Assembly: GCA_017857875.1 (NCBI GenBank)
Contig: JAFMCH010000003.1
Span: 9,390-73,389, forward strand
DNA: 64,000 bases
Origin: Actinomycetota bacterium
GTDB lineage: Bacteria; Actinomycetota; Actinomycetes; S36-B12
Direction: 5' to 3'
The notes below the pieces were generated by a model. That model saw nothing but the letters and a program-made list of their open reading frames with translations, made no database searches and had not been told where the DNA came from. Below are positions 9,349 through 19,854 of this stretch, one piece after another. Position 1 is the first letter of the stretch, and each line of letters begins with the position of its first letter. The translations under genes were made by a program, and so were the position numbers.

Positions 9349-10196
9349 GGAATATCCAGCACCAGATCGGTGCGCTCTACACCAGATAGGTCTAGACCAT
9401 CGAGCGACACTGACTCATCGATCTCTGACCATGGAACGCACACGAAAGCACGCTCATGGGCCCTGGGGTGCGGCAACGTCAGCACGTCGTCGTGTTGCAC
9501 GAGATCGTCAAAGGCGATGATGTCAATGTCGAGACTTCGTGGCCCCCAACGAACATCACGCACACGATGCCAATCATTCTCAATGCCCTGAACAGCGGCC
9601 AATAATTGATCCGGAGACAAAGACGTAGAGATTGCCACCACTGCATTGAGAAAGTCATCCTGCTCGACTCCACCGACGGGCTTCGTGGCAAACACCGACG
9701 ATCCGCGGCCCACGCTGATACCTGGATGAGCGGCCAGCCCCTTCACAGCGCCTTGAAGCGCCGCGAAGCGATCCCCCATGTTGGCACCGAGACTCAAAAT
9801 CGCTCGATGTGTCCGAGTGCGCGTGACGCGAACGATGACATCAGTGAACGGGACTGAAATGGGCGCCTGCGGTTTGTGTACGGCTACGACAACGTGTTGA
9901 ACTCGGTCGTACTCCAAACACATAGCCGCGATCGACCCCGCAAGTTTTTCAATCAGGTCAAACGCTTCGCCGGTAATTAGCCCGTAGGTTCGATCAGCAA
10001 TCGTGCCGTAGTCGACGGTCATGTGCAGGTCGTCGCTCGCAGCAGCCGGTGCGAGGTCGAGATAAAGGTCGACGTCAACCGAGAAATCCTGCCCATCACG
10101 GCGCTCGTGGGCTAAGACTCCGTGAAAGCCGAATCCTGAAACACCACGCAACGCAATACAGTCAAGGCCATCATCCATGCCGCTTCCCTCGCTCAT
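9345..10196 (-). CDS. folB-folK: Fused dihydroneopterin aldolase / 6-hydroxymethyl-dihydropterin pyrophosphokinase
   Basis: The FolB module is CIALRGVSGFGFHGVLAHERRDGQDFSVDVDLYLDL. The FolK module is AILSLGANMGDRFAALQGAV...WGPRSLDIDII...LPHPRAHERAFV. I trimmed the start to the Met just after the folP stop; the longest ORF reaches 10430 and overlaps folP. Confidence 0.85.
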   Translation of the reverse strand: MSEGSGMDDGLDCIALRGVSGFGFHGVLAHERRDGQDFSVDVDLYLDLAPAAASDDLHMTVDYGTIADRTYGLITGEAFDLIEKLAGSIAAMCLEYDRVQHVVVAVHKPQAPISVPFTDVIVRVTRTRTHRAILSLGANMGDRFAALQGAVKGLAAHPGISVGRGSSVFATKPVGGVEQDDFLNAVVAISTSLSPDQLLAAVQGIENDWHRVRDVRWGPRSLDIDIIAFDDLVQHDDVLTLPHPRAHERAFVCVPWSEIDESVSLDGLDLSGVERTDLVLDIP

Positions 10197-10197
10197 C

Positions 10198-11073
10198 TCA
10201 CTCACTCGATCCGCTCCCTCGCCGCCAGGCCGCAGCCACGGCAATCGCGTCGCGGCTCCCCAGCACATCGTGCACGCGAACGCCCCAGACGCCCTGAGCA
10301 GCAGCCAGTGCCGTGATCGCGTCGGTGGCGTAATCACGAAACTGGGTCGGCCGCGGCACCCCGGAAGTATCGGCGAGCAGGGCACCCAGAAACCTCTTGC
10401 GTGAAGCTCCGATAAGCAGCGGATACCCACACTCCTGCAGAACGTTCAACTGCTGCAGGATTCGCCAATTGTGGTCTGCGTCCTTGGCAAAACCAATGCC
10501 GGGATCAAGCACCACACGCGACAGATCAACGCCCGCATTCTTAATTACTGCTAGTCGGTCGTCTAGTTCTTCGATTACGTCGGTCACGACGTCGTCATAC
10601 TGGGCCAAAGAACCCATGACATCGCTCGGGCCACGCCAATGCATGGCTATGTAGGGCACCGACACCGCGGCCAGCCACGGCAGCATCTCTTGATCAGCCA
10701 AACCACCACTCACATCGTTGACGATGCACGCGCCCTCCGCCACCGCCAGTCGCGCCACGTCGGCTCGCATCGTGTCGATGCTCACCGGAACGCCTGCGGC
10801 CACGAGCCCGGCAATCACCGGAGCTATCCGGTTGACTTCTTCATCCGCGTCCACCCGCGTGGCGCCCGGTCGCGTGGACTCGCCACCCACATCCACGATG
10901 TCAGCGCCGGCCCGATGCAACCGAATTCCATGGGCCACCGCATGTGCTGGGTCTAGCCATAGCCCACCGTCGGCGAAAGAGTCCGGGGTGACGTTGAGGA
11001 TGCCCAGGACCAACGTGCGGTCGAGTGCGGCAAGGACCGCAGGGAGTCCGTGTGGGTGGGGCATCTGACTCAC
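10198..11073 (-). CDS. folP: Dihydropteroate synthase
   Basis: 291 aa with [28 protein letters not shown] and the FolP pattern throughout. Confidence 0.92.
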   Translation of the reverse strand: MSQMPHPHGLPAVLAALDRTLVLGILNVTPDSFADGGLWLDPAHAVAHGIRLHRAGADIVDVGGESTRPGATRVDADEEVNRIAPVIAGLVAAGVPVSIDTMRADVARLAVAEGACIVNDVSGGLADQEMLPWLAAVSVPYIAMHWRGPSDVMGSLAQYDDVVTDVIEELDDRLAVIKNAGVDLSRVVLDPGIGFAKDADHNWRILQQLNVLQECGYPLLIGASRKRFLGALLADTSGVPRPTQFRDYATDAITALAAAQGVWGVRVHDVLGSRDAIAVAAAWRRGSGSSE

Positions 11074-11696
11074 CGAATGAGCAGTGTCATGGCCTCAGCG
11101 CGAGTAGCCGGATCAGCAAGGTGACCGCGAACGGTACTGGTGACGGTCTTGGCCCCGGGTTTGCGAACCCCGCGCATCGACATACACAGATGCTCACACT
11201 CAATCACCACAATGACTCCGCGCGGAGATAGAGCCTGCTCCAAAGCATCAGCGATCTGCGTCGTGAGCCGCTCTTGCACCTGCGGCCTCTTCGCGTATAC
11301 ATCCACCAGGCGAGCCAACTTCGACAGGCCCGTGATGCGGCCATCCGATGCGGGTATGTAGCCCACATGTGCGACGCCGTGGAAAGGCACCAGGTGGTGC
11401 TCGCAGGTGCTGTACACCTCAATATTGCGAACGAGGACCAGCTCGTCGTGGCCTTCGTCGAAGGTGGTCGTCAGCACATCTCGCGCCACCATGTGCAGGC
11501 CGGCGAAACTTTCGGCCAAGGCGCGGGCCACCCGAGCCGGCGTCTTGCGCAGCCCCTCGCGCTCAGGATCTTCACCTATTGCATACAGCAGTTCTCGGAC
11601 CGCGTTCTCCGCGCGCTGGACGTCGAAGGCGGCAATGGCCGGTGGTTCGAGGCCGGCACGAATCGAATCAATATCTGTCTCGACATCGTCATTCAT
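11070..11696 (-). CDS. folE: GTP cyclohydrolase I
   Basis: Contains [10 protein letters not shown], the zinc/active-site motif, and the FolE pattern. I trimmed the start to MNDDVETD; the longest ORF overlaps the ftsH 3' end. Confidence 0.9.
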   Translation of the reverse strand: MNDDVETDIDSIRAGLEPPAIAAFDVQRAENAVRELLYAIGEDPEREGLRKTPARVARALAESFAGLHMVARDVLTTTFDEGHDELVLVRNIEVYSTCEHHLVPFHGVAHVGYIPASDGRITGLSKLARLVDVYAKRPQVQERLTTQIADALEQALSPRGVIVVIECEHLCMSMRGVRKPGAKTVTSTVRGHLADPATRAEAMTLLIR

Positions 11697-13632
11697 CGTG
11701 ACCAGCCGATCCGTTCTGACCGATAGGGCCTGAGATAGACCGTGAGACGGGGCCTCGGTCATCCGGGTGACGCAGGGCCGAGCCGGTCCAGGCAGGGCGC
11801 GGCGTGCGCAGACGTAAGTCGGCAAACACCGCTTCAACCTGGGCCTTGTCGAGTGTCTCTTTTTCTAATAGTTCCAACACAAGCCGATCGAGGACATCGC
11901 GATTCGCAACCAAAATGTCGTAAGCCTCCTGGTGTGCTGTCTCGATCAAGGTTCGCACCTCTTCATCGATGGCAGCGGCTACATCCTCAGAGTAGTCGCG
12001 GGTGTGTCCCATATCGCGGCCCAGGAATACCTCCCCTTGTTCCTGGCCGTAACGGATTGCACCTAGGCGCTCGGTCATGCCGAACTGGGTCACCATCGCA
12101 CGAGCGAGTGAGGTTGCCTTTTCAATATCGTTGGAGGCGCCGGTGGTGGGATCGTGGAAGATCAATTCCTCCGCGGCCCGACCGCCCAACATGTAGGCGA
12201 GTTGATTGAGCATCTCTGATCTGGTCGTGGAGTACTTCTCCTGATCGGGCAGCACCATCGTGTAACCCAGCGCCCGACCGCGCGGCATGATCGTGATCTT
12301 GTGCACGGGATCACTGCCAGGCAGTGCGGCAGCCACAAGGGCGTGACCGCCCTCGTGATACGCCGTGATTGCTTTCTCGTGATCGTCCATTACCCGCGTG
12401 CGTTTTTGTGGGCCAGCAATCACGCGATCAATGGCCTCATCAAGGGAGGCATTGTCAACGAGCAGCCCGCCGTTGCGCGCAGTCAACAGCGCCGCTTCGT
12501 TGAGCACATTCGCCAGATCCGCACCGGTAAAGCCAGGGGTTCGTCGCGCCACCGACATCAGATCGACGCCTTCCGCAAACGGTTTGCCATTGGCGTGCAC
12601 CTGAAGGATCGCGAGCCGGCCATTGAGATCGGGGCGTTCCACCGCGATCTGACGGTCAAATCGCCCCGGTCTCAGCAGCGCCGGATCAAGGATGTCAGGG
12701 CGGTTGGTGGCGGCGATCAAAATGACTCCACTGGAGACATCGAAGCCATCCATTTCAACCAGCATTTGGTTCAGTGTTTGCTCACGCTCATCATGTCCAC
12801 CGCCAAGACCCGCGCCACGGTGGCGGCCAACGGCATCGATTTCGTCGACGAAAATGATGGCCGGGGCGTTTACCTTGGCCTGCTCGAAAAGGTCGCGCAC
12901 CCGACTTGCGCCCACGCCCACGAACATTTCAACGAAATCCGAACCGGAGATCGAAAAGAACGGCACCCCGGCTTCACCCGCCACCGCGCGGGCCAGCAGG
13001 GTCTTGCCCGTTCCTGGGGGTCCGTACAACAGCACCCCTTTGGGGATCTTTGCGCCTACGGCCTGGAACTTCGCCGGTTCAGACAAAAACTCCTTGATTT
13101 CCTGCAGTTCTTCGACGGCCTCGTCCGCCCCGGCTACATCGGCAAAGGTGGTTTGCGGCATGTCTTTGGATACGACCTTCGCCTTGGACTTACCGAAACT
13201 CATCAGGCGCGAGCCGCCACCTTGCATCTGCGTCATGAAGAAAAACAGCAACAGGATGATCAGGGCGAAGGGAAGAAGGGTGAACAGCAGGCTGACCAGA
13301 AGGTTGTCCTGTGGCACGACGATGTTGTAGCCATCGGGCAGTTGCCCACCGTCAACTTTTTCCTGCAGCAGGTTTTGTAGTTCAACTCCCTGGCCCGTAA
13401 CGAATTGACTGCGCACCTCGCTGCCATTGCGCAAGGTGAGTTCGAGGACCTGGTCGCGGTCGATGATGGTGGCCTCGCGCACCTGATTTGTCTGGATGTC
13501 TGACACTGCCTGGCTGGTACTGATCTCAGCCGGGCCACCCAGGCTCGCCACGATGCTCGACCCAAGCAGGACGAGCAGGACAACCATGCCGATCCAGAAG
13601 ATCGGCCCGCGAAAAAGCCGTTTGACATTCAT
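11689..13632 (-). CDS. ftsH: ATP-dependent zinc metalloprotease FtsH
   Basis: 647 aa with Walker A ([11 protein letters not shown]), the AAA second region of homology, the zinc motif HEGGHA and an N-terminal TM pair. Confidence 0.97.
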   Translation of the reverse strand: MNVKRLFRGPIFWIGMVVLLVLLGSSIVASLGGPAEISTSQAVSDIQTNQVREATIIDRDQVLELTLRNGSEVRSQFVTGQGVELQNLLQEKVDGGQLPDGYNIVVPQDNLLVSLLFTLLPFALIILLLFFFMTQMQGGGSRLMSFGKSKAKVVSKDMPQTTFADVAGADEAVEELQEIKEFLSEPAKFQAVGAKIPKGVLLYGPPGTGKTLLARAVAGEAGVPFFSISGSDFVEMFVGVGASRVRDLFEQAKVNAPAIIFVDEIDAVGRHRGAGLGGGHDEREQTLNQMLVEMDGFDVSSGVILIAATNRPDILDPALLRPGRFDRQIAVERPDLNGRLAILQVHANGKPFAEGVDLMSVARRTPGFTGADLANVLNEAALLTARNGGLLVDNASLDEAIDRVIAGPQKRTRVMDDHEKAITAYHEGGHALVAAALPGSDPVHKITIMPRGRALGYTMVLPDQEKYSTTRSEMLNQLAYMLGGRAAEELIFHDPTTGASNDIEKATSLARAMVTQFGMTERLGAIRYGQEQGEVFLGRDMGHTRDYSEDVAAAIDEEVRTLIETAHQEAYDILVANRDVLDRLVLELLEKETLDKAQVEAVFADLRLRTPRPAWTGSALRHPDDRGPVSRSISGPIGQNGSAGHDE

Positions 13633-13679
13633 CTCGGTTACGACGGTACACGCAGGGCATGCGTTCCGCGTGGGGTCAC

Positions 13680-14234
13680 CTACCGACCGTAGACGGAGGG
13701 CTCCAGTACCCCTACTTCGCGCATGTTGCGGTAGTGCTCGGCATAGTCAAGCCCGTAGCCCACCACGAACTCGTTGGGGATATCGAAACCGACGTACTTG
13801 GGGTCAAGTTCAACCTGCACGGCGTCGGGCTTGCGCAGGAACGTGAAAACCTCGACAGAGGCGGGTCCTCGTGAGCGCAGGTTCTCAATCAGCCACGAAA
13901 GCGTGAGCCCCGTATCCAGGATGTCCTCAACAATCAACACGTCGCGACCATCAAGGTCAGTGTCGAGATCCTTCAAGATGCGCACAACCCCGGAGGACTT
14001 GGTGCCCGACCCGTAGGTAGAGATCGCCATCCAGTCCATCGTCACGTGTGATTCCAGGCATCTGATGAAGTCGGCCATCACCACCACTGCACCCTTGAGC
14101 ACACCCACGAGCAGGATGTCCCGATCGGCGTAATCCTCATCGACCTGAGCGGCAACCTCAACGAGTCGGCGCTGGATCTGCTCTTCTGTTAACAAGACCG
14201 TGGCGATGTCTTTGCCAAAGTGGTCAGTCTTCAC
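13680..14234 (-). CDS. hpt: Hypoxanthine phosphoribosyltransferase
   Basis: Contains the PRPP-binding motif ([14 protein letters not shown]) and the Hpt pattern. I chose the GTG start at 14232-14234 because a GGGAG Shine-Dalgarno lies upstream. The longest ORF reaches 14288. Confidence 0.88.
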   Translation of the reverse strand: MKTDHFGKDIATVLLTEEQIQRRLVEVAAQVDEDYADRDILLVGVLKGAVVVMADFIRCLESHVTMDWMAISTYGSGTKSSGVVRILKDLDTDLDGRDVLIVEDILDTGLTLSWLIENLRSRGPASVEVFTFLRKPDAVQVELDPKYVGFDIPNEFVVGYGLDYAEHYRNMREVGVLEPSVYGR

Positions 14235-15258
14235 GTGTTTGCTCCCGAGGATCATCCGCTGACGACACCCGCAGCCTTCCACACGCACGCTGCGCCTTCA
14301 CACCGCCGGGTAGATCTAGGGGGCCTTGCCCGTGCCAATCGCTGATTAAGGCCTCGACGGCTCGCACCTGATCAAAGGTCGTCGCAGGACCCGGGGAGCC
14401 GGCCGCGATCAGAGCTCGACGTAATAGACGAGTGCGAATGGCTCGGGGCAGATTAGTCAGCGCCTCAATGTCAAGAGTAATTGCAGCACAGGCTGTTTCA
14501 CCCGTCAGGTCGAAATCTTCCTCGGTAAGCACGCATTGCGGCCATGCGGTCTTGGCGTAGTCATCAAGCGCATCGGCGTCATCACGCAGCAGTTCCGCGC
14601 TGCGCGCCAATCCAGTCACGACCCCGCTTCCCAGTGCTCGGGTCAGTTCGGGTAGGGCGTGAAGGCGTACCCGAGTGCGGGCAAATCTCGTATCCTGATT
14701 GTGCGGATCAGCCCAGACGTACACGTCATTCACGCTGGCATGCACGACCGAGCGAGGCAGATGCAGCAGCGGCCTTCGCCACAGTCCGTCGAACTCAGCC
14801 ATCGCCCCCAGCGAGCGTGCACCCGATCCGCGAGCCAGCCGCAGCAGCACCGTTTCGGCCTGATCATCACGCGTGTGCGCGAGCGCCACCGCTGCTGCGT
14901 CGGTGCGCTGGGCGGCCTCCAGGAGGGCCGCGCGCCGTGCGTGACGAGCCGCAGCCTCCGGCCCGCCGTGGCCCGGACCCACGGCTACGGTCACCGGACA
15001 CACCTCTACTGGATCAAGGCCCCATTCACGACAGGCAGCGGCAGCACGATCAGCCACCACGGCCGAACCTGCCTGAAGTTGATGATCGACGATCACCGCT
15101 CCCACTCGGCGATCCAGCCCGCTGGCCGCCCTGGCTAATGCGAGCGAATCTGGACCACCCGAGCAGGCAATGAGCACCAATCGCTCAGCGGGAATGTCGC
15201 GAAGGCCTCGCCGCACCGCTCGGCGCACCTGCTGCTGGGCGGAGTTGGGCTCGTTCAC
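14224..15258 (-). CDS. tilS: tRNA(Ile)-lysidine synthase
   Basis: Has the PP-loop motif (ACSGGPDSLAL) and the conserved tilS-hpt-ftsH order. Confidence 0.88.
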   Translation of the reverse strand: MNEPNSAQQQVRRAVRRGLRDIPAERLVLIACSGGPDSLALARAASGLDRRVGAVIVDHQLQAGSAVVADRAAAACREWGLDPVEVCPVTVAVGPGHGGPEAAARHARRAALLEAAQRTDAAAVALAHTRDDQAETVLLRLARGSGARSLGAMAEFDGLWRRPLLHLPRSVVHASVNDVYVWADPHNQDTRFARTRVRLHALPELTRALGSGVVTGLARSAELLRDDADALDDYAKTAWPQCVLTEEDFDLTGETACAAITLDIEALTNLPRAIRTRLLRRALIAAGSPGPATTFDQVRAVEALISDWHGQGPLDLPGGVKAQRACGRLRVSSADDPREQTRED

Positions 15259-16292
15259 GGCTGCACTCGACGGACCCAGCGCCCCGGATCGGCGATCTCC
15301 TCAGATCGGGGCAGGGTTTCTGGGCTGGTCCACACGACGTTGAACCCGGCCATGCCCACCTGATCGATCACACCACGCACGAAGGCTGCCCCGTGGGTGT
15401 ACTGGCGCAGTTTCGCATCAAGCCCCAGCACCTTGCGCAAGACGCCGTCGCGACCCTTTGGCTGAGCGCGACGTTGGTCAAAGCGCGATCGCATGGCCAC
15501 CACCGAGGGGACCACACGCGGACCGACTTCATCCATCACGACATCAGCATGACCCTCCAGCAAAGACATCAACGCGGTCAGGTGGTCGAGTATTTCGCGT
15601 TGCTCAGGTGTGTGTGCCAGGTCAAGCAGCGAGGGTCGCGCTCCGGTGCGCACCGATTCGGAAAGTGTGCGCAGGATCCGCGAAAAGGCATGCCAGCCCG
15701 AGTCATCGGTCTTGCTCAGATAGGTATGCACCGAATCGGTGAAGTGCCCGCTGAGCCATGGCACCGCGGTGAACTGTAGCCGGTGAGTTTCCTCATGCAA
15801 GCACACCCACAGTCGAAAATCCTGCGGCCGCACATTCATCTCACGCTCTGCCGCAACAATATTGGGCGCCACAAGCAGTAATCGACCACCGTTGCCGTAA
15901 TCGGTAGTGAACGCCTCGTACTGCCCAAGCACCTTTCCCGACAGCCACGCCAGGATTGTGCCCATCTGCAGTGCCGTAGCGCGAGATCCGGCTTCAGCTG
16001 CCAGCACGCTGGGTTGGCGTTCTTTCAGTTTGCGTGTGAGCGGCGCCATCGCGAACTGCAGCTGCGAGATGTTGGCGCGAATCCATGCTGGTCTGCCAAC
16101 AACGACCGCATGATGTGAATCAACCGGAGCGATAAGACCGGTTAGCTCGGCAACGGGCTCGATCGCGGTGCGACTCGCCCGAGCGATATCGGCCACGATT
16201 CGTCGGGCCTCACGCAACGACACTTCCGGGCCAGCTGGAGCAAAACGGCGCCCAGTGGCCACGGCGAATTCCCAATCCACGACCTCGGCCAC
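15255..16292 (-). CDS. Zinc-dependent metalloprotease (DUF2342-type)
   Basis: 345 aa with an HExxH motif (LHEETHRLQF). It occupies the conserved actinobacterial position between dacB and tilS. Confidence 0.7.
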   Translation of the reverse strand: MAEVVDWEFAVATGRRFAPAGPEVSLREARRIVADIARASRTAIEPVAELTGLIAPVDSHHAVVVGRPAWIRANISQLQFAMAPLTRKLKERQPSVLAAEAGSRATALQMGTILAWLSGKVLGQYEAFTTDYGNGGRLLLVAPNIVAAEREMNVRPQDFRLWVCLHEETHRLQFTAVPWLSGHFTDSVHTYLSKTDDSGWHAFSRILRTLSESVRTGARPSLLDLAHTPEQREILDHLTALMSLLEGHADVVMDEVGPRVVPSVVAMRSRFDQRRAQPKGRDGVLRKVLGLDAKLRQYTHGAAFVRGVIDQVGMAGFNVVWTSPETLPRSEEIADPGRWVRRVQP

Positions 16293-16301
16293 ATGATGAC
16301 C

Positions 16302-17714
16302 CTACGCGGCGTTGCACCCACACTGGGCAAGCACCGTGGCAGCACGATCCAAGACCTCACGTGAGATGGATACATCGCTGGCGCCATCGGAAATAAAGGA
16401 GAAAACCAGCAGCCGCCCATCGCGATCAACGACACTGCCAGCCAGAGCCGAGACACCAATCAGCGTGCCGGTCTTGGCCCGCACGACGCCCACACCGGCG
16501 TAGGTTGCCGAGGTGTAAAAACGATCCGCCAAGGTACCGGTGACCCCGGCTACCGGCAGGCCACCTGGGATTGGCCAGGCCCACCACGCCCCGGGGTTTC
16601 GCACCATCACCGAAAGCACCTGAGCAAAGACCCGAGCGGGCGCGGTGTTGTCCACGGATAGACCGCTGCTGTCGTAGAGGGTGAGATCCGAGGTTGAAAT
16701 ATCAATGTCTTGCAGGGCTGCGTCTACAGCCTGGGCGGCGGTCGCAAAACTACCCGTGCCAAAGCGAACGGCTCCCGCCAGATGACCGAGCGTCTCAGCC
16801 ATAGCGTTCTTGGAATCGGTGAGCATGCGTTGCACCATTGCTGCAACGGGCACCGAGGTAGTCGAGGCAATCACCGGCGCAGCACCGACCGTACCTGCCT
16901 GCGGGGCACCCGGTTGCAGGCCACGATCGGTAAGTGCCTGCGCAAAGGCGAGCGCCGCGGTCAACGCCGGATCCGACACATAGGTAACCCCATCAGCCGC
17001 GAGCGAACCATCCACCTCGAGTGCTGACACCGGGGCCGTGACGCCTAATGCCGGGTAGTCCGCAGACCATCCTTGGGCGATCGTTGGCCCAGAAAATAAC
17101 GATGCGTCGTATCTCAATTCGATCGCCGCGTTGGGCCCCGGTCCATCAACGGCTTCCACCACAGCATCGGCGAGCTCTGCCAGCGACGAACCCTCGCCTC
17201 CAGTACTGGCCAGCGTTGGGTCCCCGGCCCCGACCAGCGTAAGCGTCATCGACACAGGGTCGTAATGGACGTTCGTAGTAATGCGACCCAGGGGACCGAC
17301 GGCATCAAGAACCGAGATCGCGGTGAGCAGCTTGACCGTGGATGCCGGTGTTCGGGGGCGCAGGCTGTCTCGCTCATACAAAACGGTGCCCGTGGCGGGG
17401 TCGAACACGACGGCACCTATCGAAGCGGCGACCGCCGGGTTTGCGAACTCGGAGTCCAGCAGACTCGCGAGTACCTCCGGGTTCGGTGCCGGGGTAGTTG
17501 GATCCGCCGTCGATGCCGGCACCAGCACCGGACCCGCGGGACCCTGTGGAGCGACCGATGTCTGGGCGATCCCGGCCGGAGCGATCAACGCACCCATTAA
17601 GGCCAATGCAGCCAACGCCAGCAACCACGAGCGGGGTCGTCGGCTAGTCTGCGTCAGATCACCGTCAGATGGGTAGACCATCGAAGGGGAGCGACGATTC
17701 ACGTTGCTATCCAC
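16302..17714 (-). CDS. dacB: D-alanyl-D-alanine carboxypeptidase/endopeptidase (PBP4 family)
   Basis: Has SxxK (PASTVKLL), an SxN-like block (SSGLSVDN), KTG (AKTGTL) and an N-terminal signal/TM segment. Confidence 0.85.
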   Translation of the reverse strand: MDSNVNRRSPSMVYPSDGDLTQTSRRPRSWLLALAALALMGALIAPAGIAQTSVAPQGPAGPVLVPASTADPTTPAPNPEVLASLLDSEFANPAVAASIGAVVFDPATGTVLYERDSLRPRTPASTVKLLTAISVLDAVGPLGRITTNVHYDPVSMTLTLVGAGDPTLASTGGEGSSLAELADAVVEAVDGPGPNAAIELRYDASLFSGPTIAQGWSADYPALGVTAPVSALEVDGSLAADGVTYVSDPALTAALAFAQALTDRGLQPGAPQAGTVGAAPVIASTTSVPVAAMVQRMLTDSKNAMAETLGHLAGAVRFGTGSFATAAQAVDAALQDIDISTSDLTLYDSSGLSVDNTAPARVFAQVLSVMVRNPGAWWAWPIPGGLPVAGVTGTLADRFYTSATYAGVGVVRAKTGTLIGVSALAGSVVDRDGRLLVFSFISDGASDVSISREVLDRAATVLAQCGCNAA

Positions 17715-17731
17715 CTCCTCGGGGTCGGCCG

Positions 17732-17766
17732 CCTAGTTGTAGGGAAGACTAGGTCACCACCTAGTT
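17732..17766. promoter_or_regulatory. CTAG-rich repeat set in the dacB/ppa divergent intergenic region
   Basis: CCTAGTT occurs at 17732-17738 and again at 17760-17766. An inverted half-site ACTAGG lies between them at 17748-17753. That puts three CTAG tetranucleotides within 35 bp. Function is unknown. Confidence 0.2.
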
Positions 17767-17778
17767 CGAGGAGGCTCA

Positions 17779-18279
17779 GTGACACCCCTGGAATTCGATG
17801 TCACGATCGAAATCCCGACCGGCAGCCGAAATAAGTATGAGATGGATCACGAAAGTGGTCGCATCCGCCTCGATCGCATGCTTTTTACGGCCACCCGGTA
17901 CCCCCATGACTACGGCTACATCGACGACACCCTCGGCCTCGATGGCGATCCCCTCGATGCGCTCGTGCTCGTGCAAGAGGCCACGTTTCCCGGGGTCGTC
18001 GTGCGCTGTCGAACCGTGGGCATGTTTCGCATGACTGATGAGGCCGGTGGTGACGACAAAGTGCTGTGCGTGCCCGTGGGCGACCCACGGTTGGAGCACG
18101 TGCGCGATATTTACCACGTCGCGGAATTCGATCGCCTTGAAATTCAGCACTTCTTCGAGGTGTACAAGGACCTAGAACCCGGCAAGTCCGTGGAGGGCGC
18201 GAACTGGGTTGGCCGTGAGGAGGCCGAGGAGGAAATCAAACGTTCCTGGGCTCGCAACAAGGAAACCCCACACCATTGA
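17779..18279 (+). CDS. ppa: Inorganic pyrophosphatase
   Basis: 166 aa with a family I PPase pattern ([24 protein letters not shown]). It has a GTG start preceded by GAGGAGG. Confidence 0.95.
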   Translation: MTPLEFDVTIEIPTGSRNKYEMDHESGRIRLDRMLFTATRYPHDYGYIDDTLGLDGDPLDALVLVQEATFPGVVVRCRTVGMFRMTDEAGGDDKVLCVPVGDPRLEHVRDIYHVAEFDRLEIQHFFEVYKDLEPGKSVEGANWVGREEAEEEIKRSWARNKETPHH

Positions 18280-18776
18280 TGACGTCTTCGGCAGCCGCAC
18301 CCGGCTCCGGCGATGGCTGGGTCAAACTCGCTGATGGTCGCGTCTTCTGGGGCAGATTCGGGGCAGCCGGGGTTCTCTTGCGCCACCTCGACACCGAGGG
18401 TTCCCAGTGGTTTCTCCTGGCACGCAGGGCATCGTGGGTGCATCGCGGGAATGGCGAATGGTCGGTTCCTGGTGGTGCCATCGACTCCCATGAGGATCCC
18501 ATCACCGCCGCTCTGCGCGAGTTTGACGAAGAAATCGGTACCGTGCCCACCGGTTTCAGACTCGTCGGCGTGATTGAAGATGCGGTGGCACCGGGGCACT
18601 GGAGTTATCACACTTGCTGCGCGGACGTGTCTGATCGACCCCATTACGACGCCACGCTGTCGCCGGAAAACGATGACGCGCAGTGGTGGCGCCGCGAGGA
18701 CCTCGACACACTTCCGTTGTTTGCACCCTTTGCAGCACAACTACCACTGCTTCTTGAGTTGTTCGACAGCAACTAG
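18276..18776 (+). CDS. NUDIX hydrolase
   Basis: Contains the Nudix box [23 protein letters not shown]. It has a 4-nt overlap with the ppa stop. Confidence 0.8.
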   Translation: MMTSSAAAPGSGDGWVKLADGRVFWGRFGAAGVLLRHLDTEGSQWFLLARRASWVHRGNGEWSVPGGAIDSHEDPITAALREFDEEIGTVPTGFRLVGVIEDAVAPGHWSYHTCCADVSDRPHYDATLSPENDDAQWWRREDLDTLPLFAPFAAQLPLLLELFDSN

Positions 18777-19195
18777 CGCGCGCGACGTCTACTTGACCAC
18801 ACCAAGACCGCATAGGCCAACCAAAACGCGATACCAACACCGAGGTAGACCCAGCGCAAGAGTGTCCAGTCGCCAGGCAGAGTCAAGGTCAAAACCACCA
18901 TTAATCCCCCGGCGATCAACATCACCACTGCACTGCCGAGCACGGGATGATCGGGTGCACGGCGCACGAGCCACATTTGACCGCTCAATCCCACGAGTGC
19001 GGCACCCAGCATCTGCAGGGTCCAGGTGGTGTCGACAACACCGGTCAAGCCCAGTTGCCCGGCCAGCAAGCCCGGGGCGATGATGAGGGCTATGCCCGAG
19101 GCGATGAACAGCAGCGCGCCTAGTGCCAACACGATGCGAATCAGACGCGCGGCCGTGGGTACGCCCGAAAGAGCCTGCAGGTCCTGCTCTGTCAT
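18773..19195 (-). CDS. Hypothetical integral membrane protein
   Basis: 140 aa with four hydrophobic helices. I recognise no family. Confidence 0.45.
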   Translation of the reverse strand: MTEQDLQALSGVPTAARLIRIVLALGALLFIASGIALIIAPGLLAGQLGLTGVVDTTWTLQMLGAALVGLSGQMWLVRRAPDHPVLGSAVVMLIAGGLMVVLTLTLPGDWTLLRWVYLGVGIAFWLAYAVLVWSSRRRAR

Positions 19196-19218
19196 GCCCT
19201 GACGCTACTGCGATGAGG

Positions 19219-19854
19219 TCACGAAGCGGTGGTGCAACGCGCAGCAACCTGCAACTGGGATTGAAAGGATTCGGTGAGGTAGTCCACGAGCAGCGCTCGA
19301 TCAAGTGTGTCTGGGTTCCAGGCAAGGACGGTTTCTTCCATGCCAACTAGCCACCCGCGAACAACAAGTCGCACCAACGCGTCGTGACATTCATCGCCGG
19401 TCGACTCAAAACCGGCCACGGCCAGCCATCGAGGCACAAGCGCATCGCGAACCCGGGCCATGGCCTCCACCACACGCACATCACCGCCACCGGCACCGCG
19501 TACTAATGAGGTGTATCCGACGCGATTGCGCTCCACTAGTCGCACGAAACCATCGATGAGGCTGCGGATCCGCTCGTGCGGGGTGTCACCGTCCTTCACC
19601 CCGACCGGCTTAAGCATTTTCGCACCGGCCGCCTCGACGACCGCGGCATAAAAGTCACCCTTAGTCGGAAAATAATGGAAAAGCAGGCTGCGCGAAATAC
19701 CAGCTTCCAGGGCCACCTCATCGAGGGCTAGCTCATGGATCGGCCGGCGCTGCAGCAGCGTCCAGCCGATCTCCACGAGTTGACGTCGTCGGTCGTCCCC
19801 ACTCATGCGCAAGCGAGGGGTGACCGCCTCAGACGTAATGCCCACCAGACTCAC
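19219..19854 (-). CDS. TetR family transcriptional regulator
   Basis: Has an N-terminal TetR helix-turn-helix (LDEVALEAGISRSLLFHYFPTK). It lies downstream of fadB and overlaps it by 26 nt. Confidence 0.8.
   Translation of the reverse strand: MSLVGITSEAVTPRLRMSGDDRRRQLVEIGWTLLQRRPIHELALDEVALEAGISRSLLFHYFPTKGDFYAAVVEAAGAKMLKPVGVKDGDTPHERIRSLIDGFVRLVERNRVGYTSLVRGAGGGDVRVVEAMARVRDALVPRWLAVAGFESTGDECHDALVRLVVRGWLVGMEETVLAWNPDTLDRALLVDYLTESFQSQLQVAARCTTAS

Noticed and set aside
9345-10430. Full 361-aa folB-folK ORF including 78 N-terminal codons
   Set aside because: The extension overlaps the folP 3' end by 233 nt, has a Trp/Cys/Arg-rich non-protein-like composition, and precedes the point where the FolB alignment begins.
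12301-13380. 359-aa plus-strand ORF, with several shorter ones, antisense to ftsH
   Set aside because: It lies entirely inside a gene with an unmistakable FtsH translation on the other strand. Its Arg/Gly/His-rich composition is typical of antisense frames in high-GC DNA, and no start context is present. The same reasoning applies to other long shadow ORFs, for example 5520-6410, 8697-9233, 18144-18740, 23367-23903 and 43297-43872.
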